From: an uncultured Gemmatimonadaceae bacterium | Lineage (GTDB): Bacteria > Gemmatimonadota > Gemmatimonadetes > Gemmatimonadales > Gemmatimonadaceae | Reading direction: 5' to 3' | Assembly: GCA_963843845.1 (NCBI GenBank) | Contig: CAWJMB010000002.1 | Span: forward strand, 2,112,001 to 2,176,000 | Length of the DNA stretch: 64,000 nucleotides | Shown: positions 51,129 to 61,196 of the stretch, in pieces | Layout of the letters: each line of letters starts with the position of its first letter | Numbering within the stretch: position 1 is the stretch's first letter | Made by a program: the position numbers and the translations under genes | The notes under the pieces: generated by a model | What the model was told of the DNA's origin: nothing | What the model saw: only the letters and a program-made list of their open reading frames with translations | Database searches by the model: none

Positions 51129-52402
51129 TCGATGGCTCCGGTCGGTCGCAGCTCGCAGACGGTCTCCACGTGCGCGGTCTGCGGGAACATGTCGTACGGC
51201 GTGACGCGCTCGACGCTCCAGGAGGGGAGTCGCCCGAGGTCGCGGGCGAGCGTCGCGGGGTTGCAGCTCACGTAGAACAGCGCCCGCGGCGCCTGTGGCG
51301 CCGACGCGGCCCCTTCGAGCAGCTCGGTGACGCGGGCGTGGAGCCCCGCGCGCGGCGGGTTCGCGATCACGACGTCGGCAGGCAGCGCTTCCGGAAGGCG
51401 CGCCTCGACGGTGCCCTGCAACGCGATCGATCCGCCCGGCAGCCGCTCGCGCGCGAACGCGACCGCCTCGGCGTCGACCTCGATCGTCGTCACGCGCCGG
51501 CCCGCCTCGGCGACGCGCAGCGCCACGTCGCCTGCGCCGGAGTAGGCGTCGATCACGTGCGCCGGCGCCTTCGCGAGCACGGCGGCGAGCAGGTCGCTCT
51601 GCAACCGCTCGGAGACCGCGCGGTTCACCTGCACGAACGACGCACCGGGAACCGCCCGCTCGCGGCGGTCGAACAGCAGCCGGCGCGCGCCGCGCTCCGG
51701 CACCCACCAGAGTGCGACGAGCGCCGGCACCGCGTCGAAGAGTGCGCGGGCGTCCGGCCAGCGCGATCCCCCTTCGACGGTCAGCGCGCCGCCGCCATCG
51801 AGCAGGCGCAGTGACGCGCGGAGCGCGGGCGACGTCGCGGGCAGATGGCGAGCCGCTGCACGCACCTCGCGCCACATGGCGACGACTCGCGCGTCCGTGA
51901 TGGGGCAGTCGTCGAGGTCGAAGATCTTGCCGGGGGCGTCGTAGGCGTGCAGCCCGGCGATCCAGCGCGCGCCGCGCCGGCGCAGCGCGAGGGTGAGCTT
52001 CCGCCGGTAGCGCCACGGCTCGCCGGCCGCGCGCACGTCGTCGACCGACACGTGTCGTCTGCCGATGCGGCCGAGCGCGTCGCTCACGATGTGGCGCTTG
52101 GCCGCGCGCTGCGCGTCGAGCGCGAGGTGTTGCAGCTGGCACCCGCCGCACCGGTCCCGGACGTAGTGCGGGCACGGCGGCTCGACGCGCTGCGCCGACG
52201 GCGTCTCGACCGAGACGTCGTGCGCGCGTGCGAGTCGCCCCTCGACGCGCAGGGTGGCGCGCACGACGTCCCCGGGCGCCGTGCGCGGCGCGAACACGAC
52301 GAGCGCTCCGCTCCTCCCGACGCCGTCGCCTCCGGCCGCGATGCCGTCGATCGTGAGCTCGGCGCGGTCGGGCGCGCGAAGGCCGTTCCCGCCGGCGGTC
52401 AC
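51116..52402 (-). CDS. RlmD/TrmA-family RNA m5U methyltransferase
   Basis: TRAM-like N-terminus, CPHYVRDRCGGC, SFVQVN, DAYSGAG, NPPRAG, YVSCNPATLARD, DMFPQTAHVE. Confidence 0.92.
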   Translation of the reverse strand: MTAGGNGLRAPDRAELTIDGIAAGGDGVGRSGALVVFAPRTAPGDVVRATLRVEGRLARAHDVSVETPSAQRVEPPCPHYVRDRCGGCQLQHLALDAQRAAKRHIVSDALGRIGRRHVSVDDVRAAGEPWRYRRKLTLALRRRGARWIAGLHAYDAPGKIFDLDDCPITDARVVAMWREVRAAARHLPATSPALRASLRLLDGGGALTVEGGSRWPDARALFDAVPALVALWWVPERGARRLLFDRRERAVPGASFVQVNRAVSERLQSDLLAAVLAKAPAHVIDAYSGAGDVALRVAEAGRRVTTIEVDAEAVAFARERLPGGSIALQGTVEARLPEALPADVVIANPPRAGLHARVTELLEGAASAPQAPRALFYVSCNPATLARDLGRLPSWSVERVTPYDMFPQTAHVETVCELRPTGAIECAT

Positions 52403-53934
52403 GCCGGGCGCAGCCCCTCGCGCCAGCCGGCGCGGCGCCAGTCGTCCGCGTGCCTCGCCCGCGGCGCCTCGCTCTCGGCCGCCGATCCGTCAGGCGCGCC
52501 CCCCCGTCGCACGCGCCGGTCGCGGTCGGCGACGAGCGCGGCGGCGATCGCGGCGATGCGGCGCTCCTCGTCGCTCGGCGGCGCGCCGACGATCGCGTCG
52601 AGCCGCTGCTCGAGCCACTGGATGGAGATGTCGCCGCGCCGGAACTCGGCGTTCTCCATCACACGCAGGTGGAAGTCGCGCGACGTCTCGACCCCCTCGA
52701 TCGTGAGCTCGCGCAGCGCGCGGTGCATCCGCTCGATCGCCTGCGCACGGTCGCGAGCGTAGACGATCAGCTTCGCGAGCATCGGGTCGTAGAAGAGTCC
52801 GATCTCGCTTCCGGTCTCGATGCCGCCGTCCCAGCGCACGCCCGGTCCGCTCGGCAGGTGCAGATACGACACACGCCCGGTCGACGGCAGGAAGCCGTTC
52901 GACGCGTCCTCGCTCGTGATCCGGCACTCGATCGCCCACCCGCGGGGTTCGACCTGGTCCTGCCGGATCGTGAGGTGCTCGCCAGCGGCGATCCGTAGCT
53001 GCCACTGCACCAGGTCGACGCCGGTCACCAGCTCGGTGACCGGGTGCTCGACCTGAATGCGGGTGTTCATCTCGAGGAAGTAGAAGCTGCCGTCGCGTGC
53101 CAGCAGGAACTCACACGTTCCCGCGTTCACGTATCCGGCCGCCCGCGCAGCCGAGACCGCCGCCGCGCCCATGCGTGCGCGGAGCGCGTCGTCGACTGCG
53201 ACGCTCGGCGCCTCTTCGATCATCTTCTGGTGGCGGCGCTGCACCGAACACTCGCGCTCGCCCAGGTGGATCATGTGGCCGTGCGTGTCGCCGAGCACCT
53301 GGATCTCGACGTGGCGCGGGCCTTCGATGTACTTCTCCACGTAGACCGCGTCGTCCCCGAAGGCGTTCTTCGCCTCGCGCTGCGCGGCGCCTAACGCGGC
53401 CGCGACCTCGCTCGGCGCGCGGACGACGCGCATGCCTTTCCCGCCACCCCCGGCAGCCGCCTTCAGCAGCACGGGGTAGCCGAACGACTCGGCCACCGCG
53501 GCGGCCTCTTCGGCGCTGCCTAACGGCTCGGTCGTCCCCGGGACGACGGGCGTGCCGGCGCTGATCGCGAGCTGCCGCGCCGCCGTCTTGCTCCCCATCG
53601 CGTCGATCGCTTCTGCGGGGGGACCGACGAAGACGAGCCCGGCGTCGCGAACGGCGCGCGCGAACCAGGCGCGCTCGGACAGGAAGCCGTAGCCGGGATG
53701 GATCGCCTCCGCGCCGACGCGCCGCGCGACGTCGATCAGGAGCTCGCCGCGCAGGTAGCTCTCGGACGACGGCGGCGGGCCGATGCGCACGGCCTCGTCC
53801 GCCTCCCGCACGTGCGGCGCCTGCGCGTCCGCGTCGCTGTAGACCGCGACCGAGCGAACGCCCAACTCCTGGCATGCGCGCACCACCCGGAGCGCGATCT
53901 CGCCGCGGTTGGCGATGAGGACCTTGGTGAACAT
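52399..53934 (-). CDS. accC: Biotin carboxylase subunit (acetyl/propionyl-CoA carboxylase)
   Basis: ANRGEIA, HPGYGFLSE, GGGGKGMR, RECSVQRRHQK, EMNTRIQVEHPVTE. Confidence 0.93.
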   Translation of the reverse strand: MFTKVLIANRGEIALRVVRACQELGVRSVAVYSDADAQAPHVREADEAVRIGPPPSSESYLRGELLIDVARRVGAEAIHPGYGFLSERAWFARAVRDAGLVFVGPPAEAIDAMGSKTAARQLAISAGTPVVPGTTEPLGSAEEAAAVAESFGYPVLLKAAAGGGGKGMRVVRAPSEVAAALGAAQREAKNAFGDDAVYVEKYIEGPRHVEIQVLGDTHGHMIHLGERECSVQRRHQKMIEEAPSVAVDDALRARMGAAAVSAARAAGYVNAGTCEFLLARDGSFYFLEMNTRIQVEHPVTELVTGVDLVQWQLRIAAGEHLTIRQDQVEPRGWAIECRITSEDASNGFLPSTGRVSYLHLPSGPGVRWDGGIETGSEIGLFYDPMLAKLIVYARDRAQAIERMHRALRELTIEGVETSRDFHLRVMENAEFRRGDISIQWLEQRLDAIVGAPPSDEERRIAAIAAALVADRDRRVRRGGAPDGSAAESEAPRARHADDWRRAGWREGLRPA

Positions 53935-53940
53935 CGCGGC

Positions 53941-55485
53941 TCAGAGCGGCAGGTTGCCGTGCTTCTTGGGCGGGTTGCGGTCACGCTTCGAGCGCAGCAT
54001 GTCGAGTGCGTCGATGAGCCGCGGCCGCGTCTCGCGCGGGTCGATGATGTCGTCCACGTACCCGCGCCCCGCCGCCACGTACGGGTTCGCGAACTTCGCC
54101 GAATACTCGGCGACCTTCTCGTCCGTCGCCACCGTCGGGTCGTCGGCCTGCGCGATCTCGCGCTTGTAGATGATCTCGACGGCGCCTTTCGGTCCCATCA
54201 CCGCGATCTCGGCCGTCGGCCACGCGACGTTGAAGTCGCCGCGGATGTGCTTGGAGCTCATGACGTCGTACGCGCCGCCGTACGCCTTGCGCGTGATGAC
54301 GGTGAGCTTGGGGACGGTCGCCTCGCAGTACGCGTACAGCAGCTTCGCGCCGTGCTTGATGATGCCACCGTGTTCCTGCGCGACGCCGGGCAGGAACCCC
54401 GGCACGTCCTCGAACGTCACGAGCGGGATGTTGAACGCGTCGCAGAAGCGGATGAAGCGCGCGGCCTTGAGCGACGCGTCGATGTCGAGCACGCCGGCGA
54501 GGACCGCCGGCTGGTTCGCCACGACGCCGACGCTGTACCCACCGAGGTGCGCGAAGCCACAGAGGATGTTGGGCGCGTAGGCGGGCTGCACCTCGTAGAA
54601 GTCGCCGTCGTCGACGACGCGCCGCAGCACGTCGTGCATGTCGTACGGCTTGTTCGGATTGTCGGGAACGACGTCGAGCAGCGCGTCGTCGCGCCGATCG
54701 CGAGGATCGCTCCCACTCCCCCTCGGCGGCTCGGCGAGATTGTTGGACGGGACGTAGCGAAACAGCTCGCGGACCGCGGTCAGCGACGCCACTTCGGAGT
54801 CGTGCACGAAGTGCGCGACTCCGCTCGTGCCCGCGTGCGTGTCGGCGCCGCCGAGGGCCTCCATCGTCACGTCCTCGTGCGTGACCGTCTTCACGACGTT
54901 CGGGCCGGTCACGAACATGTACGACGTGCCGCGCACCATGTACACGAAGTCGGTGATCGCCGGCGAGTACACGGCGCCGCCGGCGCACGGCCCGAGGATC
55001 GCGCTGATCTGCGGCACGACGCCCGACGCCAGCGTGTTGCGCAGGAAGATGTCGGCGTACCCGCCTAACGACACGACCCCTTCCTGGATCCGGGCGCCGC
55101 CAGAGTCGTTCAGCCCGACCACCGGCGCGCCGTTCCGCACCGCGTGGTCCATGACCTTCACGATCTTCTGCGCGTGCGCTTCGGAGAGCGAGCCGCCGAA
55201 CACCGTGAAGTCCTGCGAGAAGACGTAGACGAGGCGCCCCTCGATGCGGCCGTAGCCGGTGACGACGCCGTCGCCGTAGACCGGCTCCTCGCCGTTCTCC
55301 GCCGAGCGCGCCGTGACGAATCTGTCGATCTCGACGAACGATCCTTCGTCGAGCAGGACGTCGAGCCGCTCGCGCGCCGACAGCTTCCCTTTCTTGTGCT
55401 GCGCCTCGAGCCGCGCGGCCCCTCCCCCGAGCTCGGACTGCGCCCGACGCTCCTCCAGTACGGCCAGCTTTTCACGCATCGTCAT
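53941..55485 (-). CDS. pccB: Acyl-CoA (propionyl-CoA-type) carboxylase carboxyltransferase subunit
   Basis: [46 protein letters not shown]. Confidence 0.9.
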   Translation of the reverse strand: MTMREKLAVLEERRAQSELGGGAARLEAQHKKGKLSARERLDVLLDEGSFVEIDRFVTARSAENGEEPVYGDGVVTGYGRIEGRLVYVFSQDFTVFGGSLSEAHAQKIVKVMDHAVRNGAPVVGLNDSGGARIQEGVVSLGGYADIFLRNTLASGVVPQISAILGPCAGGAVYSPAITDFVYMVRGTSYMFVTGPNVVKTVTHEDVTMEALGGADTHAGTSGVAHFVHDSEVASLTAVRELFRYVPSNNLAEPPRGSGSDPRDRRDDALLDVVPDNPNKPYDMHDVLRRVVDDGDFYEVQPAYAPNILCGFAHLGGYSVGVVANQPAVLAGVLDIDASLKAARFIRFCDAFNIPLVTFEDVPGFLPGVAQEHGGIIKHGAKLLYAYCEATVPKLTVITRKAYGGAYDVMSSKHIRGDFNVAWPTAEIAVMGPKGAVEIIYKREIAQADDPTVATDEKVAEYSAKFANPYVAAGRGYVDDIIDPRETRPRLIDALDMLRSKRDRNPPKKHGNLPL

Positions 55486-55521
55486 AGCCGCGGAAGGTAG
55501 CGGCGCGAACTACATTGGGCG

Positions 55522-56198
55522 ATGGCTTCGGAGTGGAGCGACTGGCTCCAGGACTTCGCGAACGCGGGCGGCCTGTGCAGACGGGCGCCCTCGTGTTCAG
55601 CGCGTATCAGTTCTGGGCGGGGCGCAACGAACGGCGCGCGGCGGACGAGGCGGCGGCGGTGCAGGCCCGGAAGGACTCGAACTACCAGGCCTGGCAGGTC
55701 ATCAACAGCGCGCAGGGGAAAGGGGGGAGCGGCGGCCGCCCGGATGCCCTTCGCGACCTCGCGCGCAACGGCATCTCGCTCGCCGGCGTGAACCTCGACG
55801 GCGCCTGGCTCGACGGCGTGGACCTCCGCAGCGCGCAACTCGAGATGGCGTCGTTCGAGGGCGCGAATCTGCACGGCGCCCAGCTCCAGGGCGCGACGCT
55901 CGTCGGCGTGAACTTCCGCGGCGCGAATCTCGTCACGGCGTCGCTCGCCGGCGCGTCGCTGCAGGGCGCGGACTTCACCGGCGCACGTCTCTCGGCCGCA
56001 GACCTCTCGGAGGCCGACCTGTTCAACGTGAAGGGGCTCCGCGACGCGACGCTGTCGTACACGAACATCGAAGGGATCCGGCGCGCGCCGGCCGGCTTCC
56101 GCGAGTGGGCGATCGCGCAGGGCGCCGTCAACCAGGCGAGCGAGGAGATCGCCGAAGGGGACGACAGCGCGTACTCGAACGTCTTCCGGCGGATCTGA
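55522..56198 (+). CDS. Membrane-anchored pentapeptide-repeat protein (frameshift near 55575)
   Basis: MASEWSDWLQDFANAGGL joins VQTGALVFSAYQFW if one G is restored; YQAWQVI..AQGKGGSGGR; repeats LAGVN-LDGAW-LDGVD-LRSAQ... Confidence 0.8.
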
Positions 56199-56250
56199 CC
56201 GAGACCGGCGAGATCGCTCACCGCGCTCGGGCACACAGCCCGGCACGACG

Positions 56251-56285
56251 ACGAAGGCCCCGGTCGATTCGACCGGGGCCTTCGT
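56251..56285. terminator. Hairpin between the convergent pentapeptide gene and rpsA (likely bidirectional terminator)
   Basis: Perfect 17-bp stem acgaaggccccggtcga-t-tcgaccggggccttcgt. Confidence 0.75.
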
Positions 56286-56305
56286 GCCTAACGCACCGCG
56301 CTCGC

Positions 56306-58135
56306 TCAGCTGTCGGCGTCGATGTCCATCGATGACATCCCGATCATCGCGTCCATGCCGAGCTCCTCGTCGCTCGAGTGCACCGTCGACGGCGTCTCCG
56401 GGCGCGGCGGCTGCTCCTCGGGGATGTTCGTCACGGCGAGCACGATGCGGCGGTGGATCGGATCGACTTCGAGCACGCGGAGGTCGAGCAGCATCCCCTC
56501 GTAGGCGACGTCGGCCGGGTTCTGCACGATCTTGCCCGTGATGTTGAGCTGCGAGAGCGGCACGAAGCCCTCGATGTCGTTGCCGATGTCGACCACGACG
56601 CCCTTGTCCATCAGGCGCACGATCGGGCGATTCTGCATCTCGGTGCCGACCGGATAGGTCTCGCCGATGCGCAGCCACGGATCTTCCTCGGCCTGCTTGA
56701 GGCCGAGCGAGATGCGCTTGTTGTCGCTGTCGATGTTGAGGATCACGACGTCGACCGTGTCGCCCTTCTTCACGACCTCCGACGGATGCTGGACGCGCTT
56801 CGTCCAGCTCATGTCGGAGATGTGAATGAGGCCGTCGATGCCAGGCTCGATCTCGACGAACGCGCCGAAGCTCGTGAGGTTGCGGACCTTGCCGGTGATG
56901 CGCGTGCCGACCGGGTACTTGAGCGGCAGCACGGTCCAGGGGTCCGTCTCCGTCTGCTTCATGCCGAGGGAGATCTTCTCCTCCTCCGGGTCGACCTTGA
57001 GCACGACCGCCTCGATCGTCTCGCCGATGGAGACGAGCTTGGACGGGTGCCGCACGTTGCGCGTCCACGACATCTCGGAGATGTGGACGAGCCCCTCGAT
57101 CCCCGGCTCCAGCTCGATGAACGCGCCGTAGTTCGTGATCGAGACGACCTTGCCCTGCACGCGCGTCCCGACCGGGTACTTCGCGACGACGTCCTTCCAG
57201 GGATAGGCCTGGAGCTGCTTGAGGCCGAGCGAGATGCGCTCGCGCTCCCAATCGATGTCGAGGACCTTGATCTCGAGCTCCTGACCGATCTGTACCATCT
57301 CGGTCGGGTGCGAGATGCGCCCCCACGACATGTCCGTGATGTGCAGCAGGCCGTCGACGCCGCCGAGGTCGATGAACGCGCCGAAGTCGGTGATGTTCTT
57401 GACGACGCCCTTCCGGATCTGATCCTTCTGGAGCTCCTTCATCAGCTTCTCGCGCTTGCCGGCGCGCTCCTGCTCGAGAATCACTCGGCGGGAGACGACG
57501 ATGTTGCGGCGGCGCTTGTTGAGCTTGATGATCTTGAACTCGTACTTCTGGCCGAGCAGCTCGTCGATGTTCGGGACGCGGCGGAGAGCGATCTGCGAGC
57601 CCGGGAGGAACGCGTCGACGCCCATGAGGTCGACCACCACGCCGCCCTTGATCTTCTTGACGAGCGTGCCCTCGACCGGCTGGTCCGTCTCGTAGGCGAC
57701 CCGGATGCGCTCCCACACGCGCATGAAGTCCGCCTTCTTCTTCGACAGAACGACCGACCCTTCCTGGTCCTCGAGGTGCTCGAGCAGGACCTCGACCTCG
57801 TCGCCGGGCTTGAGGTCGGGCATGTCCTTGAACTCCTCGAGCGGCACGGTCCCTTCGGACTTGAAGCCGATATCGAGGACGACCATGTTCTCGCGAATCT
57901 CGAGGACACGCGACTTGACGATCTCGCCTTCTTCGATCGAGGCGAGCGTCCCGTTGTACATGTCCATCATCGCCTCGAACTCGTCGGACGAATACTCGTC
58001 CTCTTCGTAGAGTTCGGGGCGGCGGTTCGCGAGCGGACGCAGAACGCTCTTCTGCTTGTCGCGCTTCTGGCGCTCGGTCAGGGCGACGGCAGTCGACGCG
58101 TCGGCCTCGAATGGGCTGGTCTCTAACTCGGCCAT
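56306..58135 (-). CDS. rpsA: 30S ribosomal protein S1
   Basis: Repeated S1 domains (FLPGSQI, FGAFIDLGGVDGLLHITDMSW, RISLGLKQ). Confidence 0.97.
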   Translation of the reverse strand: MAELETSPFEADASTAVALTERQKRDKQKSVLRPLANRRPELYEEDEYSSDEFEAMMDMYNGTLASIEEGEIVKSRVLEIRENMVVLDIGFKSEGTVPLEEFKDMPDLKPGDEVEVLLEHLEDQEGSVVLSKKKADFMRVWERIRVAYETDQPVEGTLVKKIKGGVVVDLMGVDAFLPGSQIALRRVPNIDELLGQKYEFKIIKLNKRRRNIVVSRRVILEQERAGKREKLMKELQKDQIRKGVVKNITDFGAFIDLGGVDGLLHITDMSWGRISHPTEMVQIGQELEIKVLDIDWERERISLGLKQLQAYPWKDVVAKYPVGTRVQGKVVSITNYGAFIELEPGIEGLVHISEMSWTRNVRHPSKLVSIGETIEAVVLKVDPEEEKISLGMKQTETDPWTVLPLKYPVGTRITGKVRNLTSFGAFVEIEPGIDGLIHISDMSWTKRVQHPSEVVKKGDTVDVVILNIDSDNKRISLGLKQAEEDPWLRIGETYPVGTEMQNRPIVRLMDKGVVVDIGNDIEGFVPLSQLNITGKIVQNPADVAYEGMLLDLRVLEVDPIHRRIVLAVTNIPEEQPPRPETPSTVHSSDEELGMDAMIGMSSMDIDADS

Positions 58136-58255
58136 ACTGGAGCTGTTCTCCGGAGCCGCGGATTTTTAGGCTCGCCGCGACGAGTCCTTGAGGGTGGATG
58201 CGCGCAGGCCGCGCGAGGGCACACTGCTCCCACGACGTTCGCGCGCGAACCAAGC

Positions 58256-58284
58256 AGACTAGCGGACACCCGGAGTGCCGTCAA
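58256..58284 (-). promoter_or_regulatory. Sigma70 promoter of rpsA
   Basis: TTGACG-17 bp-TAGTCT on the minus strand. Confidence 0.7.
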
Positions 58285-58363
58285 CCGGACGACGCTGCCG
58301 AAGTGATGCCGCCACCGCGAGTTACGTCTTCCGTAATTCGCGCGCCACCGGCTCGTTCGACTC

Positions 58364-59065
58364 CTATCCGTGCGGATGGCGCGCGCAGGCGCGAGCGAGC
58401 GCCACGATCCGGTCCACCTGCTCGGCCTGCGTCAGATACGTCGTGTCGATCAGGACGGCATCGCGCGCCTGCACGGTCTGCGTCGCGTCGAGCGCGTCGC
58501 GCTGCACGAGCTGGTCGGTCTCGTCGGCGATCTCGTCCTCGCGCGGCGCACGGCCGAGTCGCTGGATGAGGCGGCGGCGGGCCCGCTCCCAGGGATCGGC
58601 GACGAGGAAGACCTTGAGCGACGCAGCGGGAAAGACGACCGTGCCGATGTCGCGCCCGTCGACGACGACGTCGTGCGCGGCGCCGGCGTCTCGCACCCGC
58701 GCGTTCACCCACGCGCGCACGGCGGGCATCTGGGCGACGCGCGACACGTTGCGGGTGACGGCGGCGCCACGGATCGCATCGTCTGCCGCAGCGCCATCGA
58801 CGAGCGGAGCGAAGCCGCCGTCGACCGGCACGATCGTGACGCGCGCGGCGAGCGCGACGACGTCGCGTTCGATCCATTCCTCCGGTGCACCGAGCTCCCG
58901 CGTCGCGAGCAGCGTGAGGGCGCGGTAGAGCGACCCCGAGTCGACGTGCCGGTAGCCGAGGCGCTCGGCGACCCAGCGGGCGGTCGACGATTTGCCGGAG
59001 GCCGCTGGGCCGTCGATGGCGACGACGATCGGCGCAGCGCGTCCGATCAGTCCAGACGTGGTCAT
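58364..59065 (-). CDS. cmk: Cytidylate kinase
   Basis: AIDGPAASGKSS, DSGSLYR, DGRDIGTVVFP. Confidence 0.96.
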   Translation of the reverse strand: MTTSGLIGRAAPIVVAIDGPAASGKSSTARWVAERLGYRHVDSGSLYRALTLLATRELGAPEEWIERDVVALAARVTIVPVDGGFAPLVDGAAADDAIRGAAVTRNVSRVAQMPAVRAWVNARVRDAGAAHDVVVDGRDIGTVVFPAASLKVFLVADPWERARRRLIQRLGRAPREDEIADETDQLVQRDALDATQTVQARDAVLIDTTYLTQAEQVDRIVALARACARHPHG

Positions 59066-60324
59066 GCGCGGGCGACCGCGGCGTCGAGGTCGCGCCAGAA
59101 CGCCGGATACGACACGCCGACGCACGACGGATCATCGATGGCGATCTCGTTGCCCGGGGCCGCGCCCAACACGCCGAACGCCATCGCCAGCCGGTGATCG
59201 CCGTGCGTCTCGACGCGCCCTCGCAGGGCGCGCGTCGTTCCGCGCACGACGAAGCCGTCGGGAAGCTCGTCGGCGTCGGCGCCGATCGCGCGGAGGTTGG
59301 CGACGACGGCAGCGATCCGGTCGCTCTCCTTCACGCGCAGCTCGGCCGCGCCCTGCACACGCGTCTCGCCGTCGGCGCGGGCAGCGAGACAGGCCAGCAG
59401 GGGCAGCTCGTCGATCATCGCCGGCACGTCCGACGCGTCGATCGCGACGCCGCGCAGCGCGCGCGGCGCGGCCACGACGGTCCCGATCGCCTCGCCCCCC
59501 GCGGTGCGCTCGTCGTGGACCTCGAGACTCGCACCCATGCGAGCGAGCGCGAAGAAGAACCCGGTCCGCGACGGGTTCAGGCAGACGTCTGGAAGCGTGA
59601 CCTCGCCATCGTCCGCGAGCGCTGCCAGCGCGCAGAAGAAGGCCGCGGACGACGGATCGCCGGGGACCGCGACGTCCTGCGCGGCGAGCGACGCGAGCGG
59701 CCACAGCATGACGGCGGTGTCGTGCACCCAGACCTCGGCCCCGCGTGCCGCGAGCATCCGCTCCGTGTGGTCACGCGACCGCGTGGGCTCCCGGACGAGC
59801 GCCTCGACGCCACCGCACGCCGCCGCGAGCAGGATCGCGCTCTTCACCTGCGCGCTGGCGTTCTCGTTCACCCACTCGAGCTTCTCGAGCGCCGCGCCGT
59901 GGACTGTCATCGGAAGCCGTTCGCCGGCCGACAGCTCGAACGACGCGCCCATCGAGGACAGCGGTCGGGCGATGCGTCCCATCGGCCGGCGACTCAAGCT
60001 CGCATCGCCCACGAAGCGCGCCGAGAACGACTGACCCGCGACGACGCCGGCGACCAGCCTCGCGGTCGTGCCGCTGTTGCCGCAATCCAGATCGTCGGTC
60101 GGCGCGGTGAGGCCGCGCAGTCCGACGCCTTCGATCGTGAGGTCGTCGCTCAACGCCGGAATCGCGACGCCCATCGCACGGAGGACCCCAGCGGTGGAGC
60201 GCACATCCGCCGAGTCGAGAATCCGCGTGACGCGCGACGGGCCGTCGCCCAACGCGGCGAAGATGAGCGCGCGGTGGCTGATCGACTTGTCGCCGGGAAC
60301 GCGGATCGTGCCGTCGACCCTCAC
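59062..60324 (-). CDS. aroA: EPSP synthase
   Basis: PGDKSISHR, DCGNSGTT, SAQVKSA, RDHTE, ELRVKESDR, DHRLAM; GTGA overlap with dapD. Confidence 0.96.
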   Translation of the reverse strand: MRVDGTIRVPGDKSISHRALIFAALGDGPSRVTRILDSADVRSTAGVLRAMGVAIPALSDDLTIEGVGLRGLTAPTDDLDCGNSGTTARLVAGVVAGQSFSARFVGDASLSRRPMGRIARPLSSMGASFELSAGERLPMTVHGAALEKLEWVNENASAQVKSAILLAAACGGVEALVREPTRSRDHTERMLAARGAEVWVHDTAVMLWPLASLAAQDVAVPGDPSSAAFFCALAALADDGEVTLPDVCLNPSRTGFFFALARMGASLEVHDERTAGGEAIGTVVAAPRALRGVAIDASDVPAMIDELPLLACLAARADGETRVQGAAELRVKESDRIAAVVANLRAIGADADELPDGFVVRGTTRALRGRVETHGDHRLAMAFGVLGAAPGNEIAIDDPSCVGVSYPAFWRDLDAAVARA

Positions 60325-61196
60325 CGCAGCCACGCCTCGAGCGCCGTGGAGAGATCGGTCTTCTCGTCGCGGTACTTCACGATCATCGGCGCCTGCAAGG
60401 ACAGCCCCTGCTGCTCGCCCCAACCGCCTGTGACGCGGCGCGCGCCGGGGACCACGACGGCGCCCGCCGGGATCTCGAGGGGCGCGGCCGCGGTCGCGCG
60501 ATACACGCGTTCGTGTACGAGATCGAACACCGGCGTGCCGCGCGTCAACACGACCCCCGCCGCGAGCACGGCCCTCTGGCGGACCACCGTCCCCTCGTAG
60601 ACGCCGCAGTTCCCCCCGACGATCACGTCATCCTCGATCACGACCGGGGACGCGTTCACCGGCTCGAGGACGCCACCGATCTGCGCGGCGGCGCTGAGGT
60701 GCACGCGCTCGCCGACCTGCGCGCACGACCCGACGAGCGCGTGCGAGTCGACCATCGTGCCGCGGCCGATCCACGCGCCGACGTTGACGAACATGGGTGG
60801 CATGCACACGACGCTCGGCGCGACGTAGGCGCCCCGGCGAATCGTCGAGCCGCCGGGAACGACGCGCACGCCGCTCTCGATCGCGAGCGCGCGCGGCGGG
60901 ACCGTATCCTTGTCGAAGAACGTGAACACGCGCCCGGCATCGCTCGGCGCCGGCGACATGTCGACGATCCGTCCGAAGCGGAACGCGAGCAGGATCCCGC
61001 GCTTCACCCACGCCTCCGCCTCCCACCTGCCGTGCTCGAGACGTGCGGCCCGCACACTTCCGTCTTCAAGCGCCGAGAGCAGCGCGTCGATCGCCGGCGC
61101 AGCATCGTCGCTCCACGATCCGTCGGCCGCAGGCTGCGCCGCGTCGAGCCGAGCCTCGAGTGCCGCCGCGTCGAACGCCATCGCGTCGATCGTCAT
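60321..61196 (-). CDS. dapD: Tetrahydrodipicolinate N-succinyltransferase
   Basis: WVKRGILLAFR, RVVPGG, VNVGAW, VGSCAQVG, IGGVLEP. Confidence 0.95.
   Translation of the reverse strand: MTIDAMAFDAAALEARLDAAQPAADGSWSDDAAPAIDALLSALEDGSVRAARLEHGRWEAEAWVKRGILLAFRFGRIVDMSPAPSDAGRVFTFFDKDTVPPRALAIESGVRVVPGGSTIRRGAYVAPSVVCMPPMFVNVGAWIGRGTMVDSHALVGSCAQVGERVHLSAAAQIGGVLEPVNASPVVIEDDVIVGGNCGVYEGTVVRQRAVLAAGVVLTRGTPVFDLVHERVYRATAAAPLEIPAGAVVVPGARRVTGGWGEQQGLSLQAPMIVKYRDEKTDLSTALEAWLR

Noticed and set aside
8801..58253. Long antisense or alternate-frame ORFs (e.g. 8801-10951, 12533-15346, 35631-38531, 55482-58253)
   Set aside because: Arg/Ala/Pro-rich shadows of real genes, expected in high-GC DNA with few stop codons
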